NCBI GenBank assembly: GCA_033763315.1
Contig: JANRKS010000007.1
Location: 122,073-186,072, forward strand
Length of the DNA: 64,000 bases
Direction: 5' to 3'
Source of the DNA: Deltaproteobacteria bacterium
Lineage (GTDB): Bacteria > Myxococcota_A > Polyangia > Fen-1088
Made by a program: the position numbers and the translations under genes
Shown: positions 50,201-59,692 of the stretch, piece by piece
Numbering within the stretch: position 1 is the stretch's first letter
Layout: each line of letters starts with the position of its first letter
The notes under the pieces: generated by a model
Databases searched by the model: none
What the model was told of the DNA's origin: nothing
The model's input: the letters and a program-made list of their open reading frames with translations, nothing else

Positions 50201-52653
50201 TCGATGTACTTTACGCCGAGGGCCAACGGCGGTTCTTGGACTGTCTTTCCACATATGTGCGCCAGTTTGTGCGGCCTTTGGCACGGCCCGATGTGGATCG
50301 CGTCGAAGGTGTGCCACCCACCGTGGCGCTTGAACAAAAGCTGACACAAGGCTCGTCACTCTCCACCGTGGGCACAGCGTCCGAGGTATACCACTACCTG
50401 CGTTTGGTCTACGCGTGGTTGGGCACGCCCCATTGCCCCAAGTGTGGTCTGGCCGGCGAAGGCGTGGATGCCAAGGCCCTGGTGGGTCGCATCACGTCGC
50501 AGCACGAGGGCCGCGCCATCACGTTGCTGGCGCCGCTTATCCGCAAACGTAAAGGCGCGCACACCGAAGCGATGGCGGCCACCGTGAACCTGGGCGTCGC
50601 ACAACTGCGCGTGGACGGCACCGTCCATATGGCCAAAGCGTTGCCCAAGCTCGATCGCTACCAAGTGCATGATGTGGAGGCGGTGGCTGCATCCATGACA
50701 GCCAAAGACTGGAAAGGCGACGGCGAGGCCACGCTCAAAGCGGCCGTGACGCGCGCCCTCGAACTGGGCGGCGGCCACATCATCGTGGCCAGCGGCGGTC
50801 TGGATCACCACTATTCAACGTTGCGCTCATGCCCGAACTGCGGCTCGGGCCTGCCTGTTCCCGATCCGCGTTTGTTCACGTGGAGCCAGAAGTTCGGCGC
50901 GTGCCCCACGTGTGAAGGCAGGGGCACAACGGAGCCGCATGACGAAGACGTTGATGAAAACAGCGAAACCTTCGTCGGCCGCGCCGAAACAGAGCCGTGC
51001 GTCGCGTGTGACGGCAGCCGCTTGGGTCCGGCCGCGCGATCCGTGCGGATCGCCAACGAACATATTGGCCAGGTGGCGGCGCGTTCGGTGCGTGCGTTGC
51101 AAACGTGGGTGAAGGACACTTTACGCGCCAACCTGCGTATTCCCGTCGAATTGCAAGAGGCTGTGTTGCCCGAGATCGAACGCCGTCTGCAAGTGCTGGA
51201 TCAACTGGGCCTCGGGTACCTAACACTGTCGCGCGGGGCTCACACGCTTTCAACAGGCGAAGCGCAGCGCGTACGGATCGTGGCGCAACTGGCTTCGAAC
51301 CTGCGCGGCGTGTGTTACGTCTTAGATGAACCAACGGTGGGTTTGCACCCGCGCGACGCCGCAGCGCTAACTGACGCTCTTTTGGAGCTACGCGATCGGG
51401 GCAACACTGTTGTTGTGGTGGAACACGATGAAGCCGTGATTCGCCGTGCGGATCACATCATTGATTTAGGGCCGGGCGCTGGCCGGCATGGCGGGCACAT
51501 TGTTGTGGCGGGCAGCCCGGCCACCGTGGCGGCAAACACGCGGTCCATCACGGGCGCGTGGCTACGCGGCCATGGCAACGTGCCACCACCTCCGCGCCGG
51601 TCACTGACCGATGGGCCGCGCCTCGCCTTGCGCGGAGCGAACTTGCACAACCTTTCCAATGTGAACGTCGATGTGCCGGTGGGCCGTTTGGTGTGCGTCA
51701 CGGGCGTCAGCGGCTCGGGTAAATCAACGCTCGTGCGGCGGGTGTTGTTCTCGGCCGTCAAAGCCAAGCTGCAACGCAAGAAATTGCCTGCGTGCGCATC
51801 GGGCCTCACAGGCACAGAGCACGTGGATCGCGCACTTGTTGTGGATGAAGCGCCCATTGGCCGCACTCCACGGTCAGTGCCGGCCACCTACGTGGACATC
51901 CTGACACCGATTCGTTCGCTGTTTGCCGAAACACCCGACGCACGCGCCCGCGGTTTCAAAGCCAACCGCTTTTCGTTCAACGTCAAAGGCGGACGCTGCG
52001 AAAAGTGCGAAGGCCAAGGCCGTTTGAAAGTGAGCATGGCGCTGTTGCCCGACGTCTACATTCCGTGCGCCACGTGCAATGGCGCGCGTTTTAATCCCGA
52101 TACGTTAGCGGTGCGCTACAAAGGCAAAACGATCGCCGACGTGTTGGCGATGTCGGTGGAAGACGCGGTGGTGTTCTTCGAGAGCGCGCGTGCCATCGCG
52201 AATCCCTTGGCGTTCCTCAACGACATTGGCCTCGGCTACCTGCAGCTGGGTCAGCCCAGCCCCACGCTTTCGGGCGGAGAAGCGCAACGAATCAAGCTGG
52301 CGGCGGAACTTTCATTCTCCGGCCAAGGTCGGTCGTTGTTCGTGTTGGATGAACCCACCACAGGACTTCACATGGCCGATGTGGCAAAGCTCATCGCGGC
52401 TTTGCAAAAGCTTGTGGATCGCGGCGACACCGTGGTTGTGATTGAACACAACGTGGATGTGATCCGTGCCGCGGATTGCCTTATCGACATGGGCCCCGAA
52501 GGCGGCGTCGAGGGCGGCCAGGTTGTGGCGTGGGGAACCCCCGAAGAGGTGGCGGCGTGTCCGGCTTCACGAACCGCAGCTTTCCTTGGCCTTCACCCGC
52601 GGGTGGCACCAAAGAAGACAGCACGAACAATGAAGCCACGCACCCTGCAGTGA
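47215..52653 (+). CDS. tandem-duplicated UvrA-like ABC ATPase (two complete UvrA units in one 1812-aa polypeptide)
   Basis: four Walker A sites (GVAGAGKSSLAFD ~aa35, GVSGSGKSTLV ~640, GASGSGKSTLAFD ~970, GVSGSGKSTLV ~1500); four LSGGE signature motifs; CxxC zinc-finger pairs in each half; UvrA-typical ILYAEGQRRYVE..SAYARQF segment present twice. Confidence 0.85.
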   Translation: MKSPVDRAILVQGARQNNLKNISVRIPIGAVTAVTGVAGAGKSSLAFDILYAEGHRRYVETFSAYARQFLERLDRPKAERVVGVLPAVAIDRTAPVRTSRSTVGTMTSIADYLRALYARAAVLRCDVCGKPVQRASADGIATHLLSTAAGRTALLTFVVPSGKLKPKLIREAFARNGFSRVWEDNNVVKLDDAKLAPADGQLVVVLDRVRLPSPAQQTDDDRKRLGDSIEASLRWGRGDMAVRFEGDNNVQSFSESLRCCGVTYADPTPATFSFNNPVGACITCKGFGRTMAIDPNLVVPDPRLSIKEGCIKPMQSPSYKECQDDLERFCKRAGIDMTVPWAKLPAASQKRVWQGEPGALTNWKKHWYGVDGFFAWLEGRSYKMHVRVLLSRYRHYLPCTACGGARLQPEALRFSIEGQTLPQLEAATIANVDAFFASWKNRPQDAATALVLQELTCRLRFLVDVGLGYLTLGRQSRTLSGGEAQRVGLATALGSALTSTLYVLDEPSVGLHARDADRLVGVLARLAEKDNAVVVVEHDPVLIRSADHVIDLGPGPGPEGGEVIYEGPVQGLLGHPRSQTAPYLQGHAMRPQRQPRTLDFKHAIAIEGATENNLQNVSVKVPLGGLVCVTGVSGSGKSTLVDQVLYRNLRRHLGQPESELGACAGLQVFLPPGKALQDVVFVDQTPLGSSGRVNAATYLGVLDPIRKVFASTQAAKDADVSASAFSFNSAVGACPLCGGAGFEKIELQFLPDAHVRCPACDGKRFRPETLAIKYEGYDIAEVLNLSALEVSALFKHNKPLVRGLAPLIDLGLGYLPLSQAAPSLSGGESQRLKLAAYLAGATTAKPTLYILDEPTTGLHPADVAKLLQTLDRLVAAGHSVVVVEHNLQVAWAADWLIDLGPEGGDQGGRIIAQGTPEALSQTSSATGVALAQAVRKQSNTVARASEAAAKYVVFERPIEIEGAREHNLKNVAATFPRNRFIAVTGASGSGKSTLAFDVLYAEGQRRFLDCLSTYVRQFVRPLARPDVDRVEGVPPTVALEQKLTQGSSLSTVGTASEVYHYLRLVYAWLGTPHCPKCGLAGEGVDAKALVGRITSQHEGRAITLLAPLIRKRKGAHTEAMAATVNLGVAQLRVDGTVHMAKALPKLDRYQVHDVEAVAASMTAKDWKGDGEATLKAAVTRALELGGGHIIVASGGLDHHYSTLRSCPNCGSGLPVPDPRLFTWSQKFGACPTCEGRGTTEPHDEDVDENSETFVGRAETEPCVACDGSRLGPAARSVRIANEHIGQVAARSVRALQTWVKDTLRANLRIPVELQEAVLPEIERRLQVLDQLGLGYLTLSRGAHTLSTGEAQRVRIVAQLASNLRGVCYVLDEPTVGLHPRDAAALTDALLELRDRGNTVVVVEHDEAVIRRADHIIDLGPGAGRHGGHIVVAGSPATVAANTRSITGAWLRGHGNVPPPPRRSLTDGPRLALRGANLHNLSNVNVDVPVGRLVCVTGVSGSGKSTLVRRVLFSAVKAKLQRKKLPACASGLTGTEHVDRALVVDEAPIGRTPRSVPATYVDILTPIRSLFAETPDARARGFKANRFSFNVKGGRCEKCEGQGRLKVSMALLPDVYIPCATCNGARFNPDTLAVRYKGKTIADVLAMSVEDAVVFFESARAIANPLAFLNDIGLGYLQLGQPSPTLSGGEAQRIKLAAELSFSGQGRSLFVLDEPTTGLHMADVAKLIAALQKLVDRGDTVVVIEHNVDVIRAADCLIDMGPEGGVEGGQVVAWGTPEEVAACPASRTAAFLGLHPRVAPKKTARTMKPRTLQ

Positions 52654-52691
52654 TCTATCCCCTCGAAGGCGCGTTTGATCACGTGTTCGAC

Positions 52692-52800
52692 TCGGCAGGG
52701 TGAAATGAAATTCCCCCCCAAGACCGACGGCACCAACTAAAAACGTGTGCATCGCGCGCCCAGATCGCTGAGGTTCAAAACCTGCGCCGTTCACTCGTTC
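52692..52800. repeat. copy 1 of a ~105-bp repeated element (CGGCAGGGTGAAATGAAAT...GTGCATCGCGCGCCCAG...GCGCCGTTC)
   Basis: aligns with 60873-60976 at roughly 80% identity in the same orientation; similarity ends abruptly at both borders. Confidence 0.6.
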
Positions 52801-53303
52801 CGATTTACGAGCGACGCGCGCCAGAATCAACGCTGCTGGAAGGGGATACTGGAGCTCCTTGGAGAAAACGTCTTCGCGCCTACATTGGCGACAGCGCGGG
52901 CGCCGCCAAGCGACGAAGCCGACTGGTAGCAGGGTGTGTTGGCGGAGAGTCAATGGTGGCGAAGCAGGGCCGGCGATGGCCAAGGGATACGTCTGTCCCG
53001 TGGACTAAAATAGGCGCAGAATCCTTGTTTTCTCTGGGTGGAACGAAGTTTACGGAAGGGACGTTATCGGTCCCTTGAAGCGCTTTGCCTCAATGGTTGC
53101 CCTCATGACGCAGGCGCAAATGCAGCTTTGAAACGCCTATGCTCTTCATCGTCCTTTTCGCGTGGGTCAGATGCAGCTTGAGTCCCCGAGCTCTCATCTT
53201 CGTTCTTTTTCTTTCGCGACACATGCCAGGTTCGCGCGTCAAGTTGGCAACGGTTCAGGAATGAAAGGGCAAGGGAGCCCTCCGTAGACACAAGGAAAAG
53301 AAC

Positions 53304-54428
53304 ATGCACAGTAGATCAATTGCCAGATTCTTATGCGGAGCGGCTTCGATTTCGATGCTCGGAAGTTTCTCCTTTCAAGCACAAGCTCGAACAGTGCAAG
53401 GCGTTGATCGCGACGGTGATGGACGAGCAGACGTGGCCGTTTACCGTCCATTAAACGCTCGATGGTTTGTCACGATATCAAACGGCGGTGAGAGCAACGA
53501 AGTATTTGGAAACAAAGGAGATATCGCTGTGCCAGGTGACTATGACGGTGACGGCAGAACAGACCTCGCGGTCTTCCATCCTTCGAATGGCTTCTGGTTC
53601 ATCAATCACTCGTCGGGCATTGCACCGAAAGCCAAACAATGGGGGCTATCCGGGGATGTGCCAGTGCCAGCGGACTACGACGGCGATGGCAAGACGGATC
53701 TTGCGGTCTATCGTCCGTCTTCCGGCTACTGGTACCTGATCAATTCAAGGAGTGGTCTAAGCGAATCACGTGGTTGGGGGCTTTCAGACGACGTACCACT
53801 TCCTGGCGACTACAATGGAGACGGACGTTTTGACTTTGCTGTGTACAGACCATCACTGGCTCAATGGCACATCCTGCTCAATGGAAGCGCACAGACGATC
53901 TTTTCAATATGGGGAGATGCTGGCGATGTTCCGGTGGTCGCAGATTTCGACGGCGATTGGGTAACTGATACGGCCATCTATCGCCCAAGGGATGGGTACT
54001 TCCATATCAAGCTTGCAAGCGGACTGCGCCAATACCGATTCGTTGGAGCAAACCAAATACCCATCGTCGGCGACTATGATGGCGACGGCAAGGCTGACCC
54101 CGCTGTTTGGAACACGCAAACCAGCCTCTTCACGATCAGCCTGATGGCAACGAACGTGATGAAGACGGAAGTCCTAGGGTTTAATGACTTCACGGAGTAC
54201 GGCCGAGATGTCCCGCTTGTTTCCACTCTCTATGCTCAGCAAAGCGTTCCGAGGATCGCTTTAGCGCAAGGGACTTGGTGTTGTGCGTCCTGTAGCCCGG
54301 ATGGCAAGACTTGCGGACTATGCCAGGTAAAGCCTGGTACAGGATTGTGTCCAACTGGGACCAAAACAAAAACCGGAGACTGCGAGTCGACGGATGATGG
54401 AGACTTTTTAGACCTGACTTGTAGATGA
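53304..54428 (+). CDS. secreted FG-GAP/VCBS-repeat propeller protein with Cys-rich C-terminal tail
   Basis: signal peptide; six to seven D(Y/F)DGDG(K/R)(T/A)D.AV(Y/F)RP...W repeats; low GC (~52%). Confidence 0.65.
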   Translation: MHSRSIARFLCGAASISMLGSFSFQAQARTVQGVDRDGDGRADVAVYRPLNARWFVTISNGGESNEVFGNKGDIAVPGDYDGDGRTDLAVFHPSNGFWFINHSSGIAPKAKQWGLSGDVPVPADYDGDGKTDLAVYRPSSGYWYLINSRSGLSESRGWGLSDDVPLPGDYNGDGRFDFAVYRPSLAQWHILLNGSAQTIFSIWGDAGDVPVVADFDGDWVTDTAIYRPRDGYFHIKLASGLRQYRFVGANQIPIVGDYDGDGKADPAVWNTQTSLFTISLMATNVMKTEVLGFNDFTEYGRDVPLVSTLYAQQSVPRIALAQGTWCCASCSPDGKTCGLCQVKPGTGLCPTGTKTKTGDCESTDDGDFLDLTCR

Positions 54429-54643
54429 TCAACAATTCTCATCTGCCACAGAAATGTGGCTCAAGGTCGCTGCGACGATCTCTGCATGGGTCGCGCATCC
54501 CCCCTCAGAAACTGCAGTCGAGGTGTGGCCATTGACGGCCTGTCTCTCCTGACAAAAACAAGTGCGGCGGCAGTTTGTGCTGCGCATGGTTCTTAGCTCG
54601 TTTCTCACCACATTCAGAAGTTCTCAGATCAAAGGTATCTCAT

Positions 54644-56611
54644 ATGAAGAAGACTCAATGGATTTTCACTATCCTTCTGATGGGGATTCCCTTCACTTTT
54701 ACCTCGCTGGGAATCGACAAACCTACGGTAGCAGCAGAGCCGGCTGCTGCAGAACCTGCAGGTCCCTTTGAAAAAGCCTGGGCTGTCCTCACGAAACTCA
54801 AATCAGACCTCGATCCATGGATCGATGCGGCCAGCTATGCCAAAAAGTTGATTGAAAAGTTTTACGGGGTACCAACAGAAATCGAGCTAGCTCGAGATGA
54901 AATCATTGCCGAGATAAAGAACACCCAGATTACACGGCTGGAAGGAACGATAATCGGAATGCTCAATAACTTCGCCGATGTTGTCCGTGATCCCAATAAC
55001 ATGCACAACAGCTTTCAGCTTAATCTCATCAAATCTCAAGCAGATCTGGTGCTCGGCGAAATGCAATCGTTGATAGAAAGACGTGATTCGGTTTCTGTGA
55101 AAGAGCTTGCCGTCGCGAGCAATCTCGCCACAGCCGTTGGCGCTGCGGCCCGAAAGCTTCTTGGTATGGAGTCCGCGATTTCTCCCCTTCTCCAGCGACA
55201 GATGGATATGAACTATTCGGTTGTAGGTGTTGATTCTTACTATGTGAATAGGTCCGCAGTGCGAGACTCTGCGGGCTCCAGCTTGCTGTGGTCCGTGATC
55301 GATACGCCAGCGTTTTACTGTGATAGCACGGAGGCACGGGCTGAACTTGCTAACAAGCGCATTATAACCCTACACTCCCCGCCAGGCGGAACGATCGCGA
55401 ATGCCGTTTATTGCAAGCACAAGGATGGAAAGTGCTTCGCGTATTACAAGGACCCAAGTCCGATCGCAAATGGCCTTGCGGAGGGAGTGGGAAGTCCCAA
55501 AACAACATTTCCAATATGCTGGAAAGAAACGCACTCGCGAGCATTGAGAGCCTTCGATGATAATCCGACGGTCAAGGCCATCAAAAAGGCGATGCAGCAA
55601 TCATATTTTTCAGGATACAGGCCATCGGCGATATCAGGACCCTTCATCATTAGCGGATGTCTGTCAAAGGCGGCAAATTCAATTCTGGACTTCGACGGTG
55701 ATTGCACGAGCGATCTCGCTGTTTACCGCCCAGGGTACACTAGTTCCTTCGAAGTTCTTCTGAGTCGGACAGCGAGCTTCAATTCCACCTCAATGCCTCT
55801 CGGTGGCTACAACGACCTTCCTGTCCCAGGGGACTACGATGGTGATGGAAAATCAGACGCCGCCGCTTATAGGATCGCAGACGGTCTGTGGTCGATAGCC
55901 CCTAGCTCCGGCGCTGCGCCGTACTCGCGGGCATGGGGGCTAGAAGGAGACACACCCGTTCCTGCTGACTACGATGGTGACGGAATGACCGACATCGCGG
56001 TCTACCGGCCTAGCAATGGCCATTGGTATGTTTGGCCGAGTGGTGGTGGCGATAGATATGCGGTGCCATGGGGGCTGAGCACGGACATTCCAGTCCCCGG
56101 CGACTACGATGGCGACGCGAAAGCAGATTTCACGATTTGGCGCCCAGGGGATGGCAATTGGCACGTGCGTCCTACATCAGGAGCGGCGCCATACGCAGTT
56201 CAGTGGGGGCTCCAAGGTGATCATCCAATCCCACGAGATTTTGATGGCGACGGACGACTTGACTTTGCTGTTCGCAGGGACGGTCAATATGGCGTTTACG
56301 TAATGCCAAGTAACGGAGGAAGCAGATACTTCGTGGCGTTTGGGAACCCAGACGACATTGCCGTTCCGGCTGACTTTGATGGCGATGGGAAGGCGGACCA
56401 GGCCGTTTGGCAAAGAGCCAAAGCATTTTGGTGGTACAAAAGGAGCACGGGAGGGGATCGAGTCCCCTACGACTCTAATTGGGGGCGCTCACCGCCTCCA
56501 AATTGGGAGCCCGTGAATCCGACTATCGGTCGACAATGGGGAACGAACCGAGATTTCCCCCTTGGTTCGCAGCTTCACGGAAACTTCTCCTGGGCCGGCG
56601 TATTTAGGTAG
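54644..56611 (+). CDS. secreted protein: unknown ~350-aa N-terminal domain + FG-GAP/VCBS-repeat propeller
   Basis: ATG 54644 (MKKTQWIFTILLMGIPFTFTSLG); six DYDGDG.TD.AVYRP...W repeats paralogous to upstream gene; low GC. Confidence 0.65.
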   Translation: MKKTQWIFTILLMGIPFTFTSLGIDKPTVAAEPAAAEPAGPFEKAWAVLTKLKSDLDPWIDAASYAKKLIEKFYGVPTEIELARDEIIAEIKNTQITRLEGTIIGMLNNFADVVRDPNNMHNSFQLNLIKSQADLVLGEMQSLIERRDSVSVKELAVASNLATAVGAAARKLLGMESAISPLLQRQMDMNYSVVGVDSYYVNRSAVRDSAGSSLLWSVIDTPAFYCDSTEARAELANKRIITLHSPPGGTIANAVYCKHKDGKCFAYYKDPSPIANGLAEGVGSPKTTFPICWKETHSRALRAFDDNPTVKAIKKAMQQSYFSGYRPSAISGPFIISGCLSKAANSILDFDGDCTSDLAVYRPGYTSSFEVLLSRTASFNSTSMPLGGYNDLPVPGDYDGDGKSDAAAYRIADGLWSIAPSSGAAPYSRAWGLEGDTPVPADYDGDGMTDIAVYRPSNGHWYVWPSGGGDRYAVPWGLSTDIPVPGDYDGDAKADFTIWRPGDGNWHVRPTSGAAPYAVQWGLQGDHPIPRDFDGDGRLDFAVRRDGQYGVYVMPSNGGSRYFVAFGNPDDIAVPADFDGDGKADQAVWQRAKAFWWYKRSTGGDRVPYDSNWGRSPPPNWEPVNPTIGRQWGTNRDFPLGSQLHGNFSWAGVFR

Positions 56612-56692
56612 AACGTCGCCGACACCGTTGTGATTTGCTGTTGGTCGCCATTTGAAACCTACTCGGGGCCTCCATGTCAGGGGCCGATCTTT

Positions 56693-57480
56693 CGTAAGCG
56701 TTCAGGCCCCCGAAAAAGTTGTCAAAATCGAATGCCTGACGATTTGCTAAGAAAGGGGATCGACAGCAGATCGCAAACGTGATCTACCTTGGTCGTTGGA
56801 CGACAAGGCAAAGATCGCAGAGCTCACGGCGCAGCTGCTGGCCAAAGACGTAGTGATCGAGGAGCTGCGGCAGGAGATCGTTGAGCTCAAGGGTGTGGTG
56901 GCTGAGTTGAGGGCGCTGGTGGCCGATTTGACCGAGAGGCTTGGCCAGAACTCTCGCAATTCACACAAGCCGTCGTCAAGCGATGGCCCCGGCGCCACCA
57001 GGAATTCGGGCAAGCCTAAACACGGCTCCGATCGGAAGCGCGGTGGCCAAAAGGGCCACCGCGGCCGCCATCGTGAGCTGCTGCCCGCAGATCAGGTCGA
57101 CGCTGTAGTGGATGTGTTCCCATCGCATTGCGAGGGGTGCGCGGTGCGCGGAGCCGCTGCCACCGATTCCTGACATGCAAGCCGCACGCAGGTGACCGAG
57201 GTGCCACCAATAAAGCCTCACACGACTGAATATCGCCAGCATGCGGTGACATGCCCATGTTGCGCGCACTCCACGCGCGCCACGGGCGCCGGCATCATTC
57301 CAAGATCCCCGTTTGGCCCGCGTTTAATGGCCCTGGTGGCCTTGCTTAGCGGCGTGTACCATCTGAGCCGCCGTCGCACAGTGCAGGCGCTGCACGACAT
57401 CCTAGGCGTGCGCATTTCGTTGGGCGCCGTCAGCGCTGTTGAAGCACGTGTTAGTGATGCGGTTAAGCATAGAGCGTGTC
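56693..57480 (+). mobile_element. truncated IS66-family insertion sequence remnant (left end only)
   Basis: IS66-type terminal repeat start GTAAGCG at 56693; TnpC-like leucine-zipper and zf-IS66 regions; no DDE domain and no right-end CGCTTAC found. Confidence 0.7.
56796..57480 (+). pseudogene. IS66 transposase (TnpC) fragment, frameshifted and 3'-truncated
   Basis: 56796..57173 encodes the leucine-zipper N-terminus (RKRGGQKGHRGRHRELLP); 57192.. continues in another frame with zf-IS66 (TEYRQHAVTCPCCAH) and the start of the DDE region (GPRLMALVALLSGVYHLSRRRTVQALHDILGV), then similarity is lost near 57480. Confidence 0.65.
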
Positions 57481-57614
57481 CCAATGCGACGTTAGGAACG
57501 CATCGACAGCAACGGCATCCTGCGCTTCGACATGATCAACGGCTTGGGCGAAACCGTGTACAGCTTGCAACTGGCTCCGCCATAATTTCGGTGGGTAGAG
57601 CTGCGGACAGGGGT

Positions 57615-57956
57615 TCATGCCGTGACGAACTCCCACGCGTGGAACAGCTTGGCTTCCTCCTTCGGCGAGAACGCCAAGAGCGGCGAGGCTTCGTGGTACG
57701 CGCTAAATCGAGCCGCGGCGCTGTTCGGATCGAGCTGCCAATCCGCGCGATACTCTTTGCTGCCGCGGAGTAAACGCTCGAAGCGCAGTCGCGCCACAAG
57801 TAGTGCACTCATGCGCAACCCATCTGTGTTTATGGCGGCCAAAGCCGCGCGTAGCGGATGCTGGTCGTCCAACGCCTTGATCGCCGATGCAAGCGCGCCC
57901 TGCGGATCGCGCGCTCTCAGCACATGTACAAGGATGTTTTCGTAGTCATCCATCAT
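57615..57956 (-). CDS. small hypothetical protein (113 aa) directly downstream of the DUF692 gene; candidate partner subunit
   Basis: 12-nt gap to DUF692 stop; does not show the DUF2063 LAVYRNNV motif; lies ~135 bp from the IS66 truncation point. Confidence 0.4.
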   Translation of the reverse strand: MMDDYENILVHVLRARDPQGALASAIKALDDQHPLRAALAAINTDGLRMSALLVARLRFERLLRGSKEYRADWQLDPNSAAARFSAYHEASPLLAFSPKEEAKLFHAWEFVTA

Positions 57957-57968
57957 AGATGGCTTCCT

Positions 57969-58856
57969 TCATGCCGCTTGCTTCACCACACACGATCGCA
58001 GGCGCCGCATTTCTTCTCGAAGCAGGCCCACGTCAGAGTCCGCGATGGTGCCCTCCATGCGTTCCAAAACGATCGCGCGCAAATGCGAGCATCGAGGCAA
58101 TGCGACGTCGAGCAAACGCCACACCTCAGGCGGAATAGGGCCATCGTGGCCATCCAAACGCAGGCTGCGGCCGCCAGGCAGCCAACGTGGATCAGAATCA
58201 GTGCCGCCGGCCATATGGATTTCGATCACTTGGTCAAGCGGCAGTGCTGCAAGGTACTCCTCTGCATCAAACCCAAGATTGCTGGCCATCGCGAACACAT
58301 TCGCCAAATCCAACAACAGCCGCCGACTTGGGTTCTGCAGAACGCTGCGAATGAATGCCGGCTCATCCAACGGGTTGCCGCACACAAAATGCGATGCTGG
58401 GTTTTCGATGCCCACCACGGGCACAACTGTACTCATCTCATCAAGGCGCAAGCGAACGCATTCCGCTGCTTCCGCCGTCATAGGCAACGGCAACGGAAGC
58501 GCCGTATTCTGGCCTGCAGGCGCCGTAATGCCCAGATGATCTGTGTACCAAAGAAACTGGAACAGGGCCTGATCACGGGCCATTGCAGCTCTCCACTGTG
58601 CGCGGCGATACACCTCCGCAGCGCTGCCACCTCCGCCAACCGAATAGCCAACACCGTGGGCAAGAAACCTCTGCCCACTGCGCCTTCCCATGCTTAAGAA
58701 CAAGGCATGATAGTCGTTCGTATGCAGTCGCCCTTCTACTTGCTGCCACAACGTTTCGGGTGCCACTTCAAAGATATCGGGCTCTTCTTCGAGGAAGGCC
58801 CCCAAGATGTCTAGCGTCGCTTCATCGGGTGGCAACACGAAGCCTACCGGGATCAT
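57969..58856 (-). CDS. DUF692-family protein (MbnB/TglH-like multinuclear non-heme iron oxidative enzyme, MNIO)
   Basis: 295 aa; N-terminal VGFVL...DIFEVAPETLW; C-terminal LLLDLANVFAMASNLGFDAEEYLAALPLDQVIEIHMAGG matches the DUF692 core (LLLDvNNvyV...NhgfDp..yl..lp...V.eiHLAGg). Confidence 0.75.
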   Translation of the reverse strand: MIPVGFVLPPDEATLDILGAFLEEEPDIFEVAPETLWQQVEGRLHTNDYHALFLSMGRRSGQRFLAHGVGYSVGGGGSAAEVYRRAQWRAAMARDQALFQFLWYTDHLGITAPAGQNTALPLPLPMTAEAAECVRLRLDEMSTVVPVVGIENPASHFVCGNPLDEPAFIRSVLQNPSRRLLLDLANVFAMASNLGFDAEEYLAALPLDQVIEIHMAGGTDSDPRWLPGGRSLRLDGHDGPIPPEVWRLLDVALPRCSHLRAIVLERMEGTIADSDVGLLREEMRRLRSCVVKQAA

Positions 58857-59692
58857 TGGTGTCCCTCCGGCTCGAGTCTTACGTTGAACGGAGCCAGCGG
58901 CCGGCCTGCGAAGAGCACGTTGTTATCTGCTGTGAAAACCAAACTTTCGGCTGAGCCCGTTTGCACAACACAACCGGCTTGATCAATAACCTCCACATTT
59001 CCGCTGGCATCAAGGCGGACGATGTTATTGCCTTGCATGTGCAGGCCTACCCAAGCCGTAAGCTGTCGCGCCCGCTCGGAGGATGGTTCCTGCACCGGCT
59101 GAACCTCGCTGCTCACCGGCAAAGCAGGTTCTGCTTTCGAAAGCTCGACGAGAGCGAACGCAACATCCGCATTCTCAGGCAGCGCTGCCCATGCGCTCCG
59201 CATTAGCATCTGGGGCCCCTCAAGCTGAACCGCATTGCCGAACCCCAGCGGCATCACGTGGCTGGCTGATAGTGCTTTCGCGAGTTCGGTCAACACCGCC
59301 GGCTGCGCGTCAACGAGGATGGCGTCGCTGCGAACGTCTTGGTCAATGACGAACCGCTGCAATGACAAAGCGGCCTCCTCTGCAGACGACGACGGTGCGT
59401 GCCAGGATGCTTTCCACACAACGCCACCTTGACCCCACAGGCGCTCGCGTTTTCCGTTAATCCTTGTTTCCACGGTGTCTTCGATCGGATCAAATTCCAC
59501 CAGTAACCCCGACGTCACGGGCATCTGGTTTACCCATAAGGCTTCAGCTTTCCGCGTGGCCTCGTCCACGAGCACGTAGCTCGAGCCATGCATGGCAGCG
59601 TCGCCGCACCCAACGTGCAAAAGCAGCGCTGCGATCACCGGCAGGCAAACAATGTTCCTATTCATTCGTTCCCCTTTCGTCCTGGGAGTCAA
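58853..59692 (-). CDS. hypothetical lipoprotein (279 aa) translationally coupled to the DUF692 gene
   Basis: lipobox LLLHVGC; 4-nt overlap with DUF692 start; few Cys; no recognised domain. Confidence 0.5.
   Translation of the reverse strand: MTPRTKGERMNRNIVCLPVIAALLLHVGCGDAAMHGSSYVLVDEATRKAEALWVNQMPVTSGLLVEFDPIEDTVETRINGKRERLWGQGGVVWKASWHAPSSSAEEAALSLQRFVIDQDVRSDAILVDAQPAVLTELAKALSASHVMPLGFGNAVQLEGPQMLMRSAWAALPENADVAFALVELSKAEPALPVSSEVQPVQEPSSERARQLTAWVGLHMQGNNIVRLDASGNVEVIDQAGCVVQTGSAESLVFTADNNVLFAGRPLAPFNVRLEPEGHQ

Noticed and set aside
57536-57808. 90-aa minus-strand ORF between IS66 remnant and MNIO partner gene
   Set aside because: Arg/Ser-rich low-complexity translation overlapping the read-through of the IS66 fragment and the 113-aa gene; looks like frame noise
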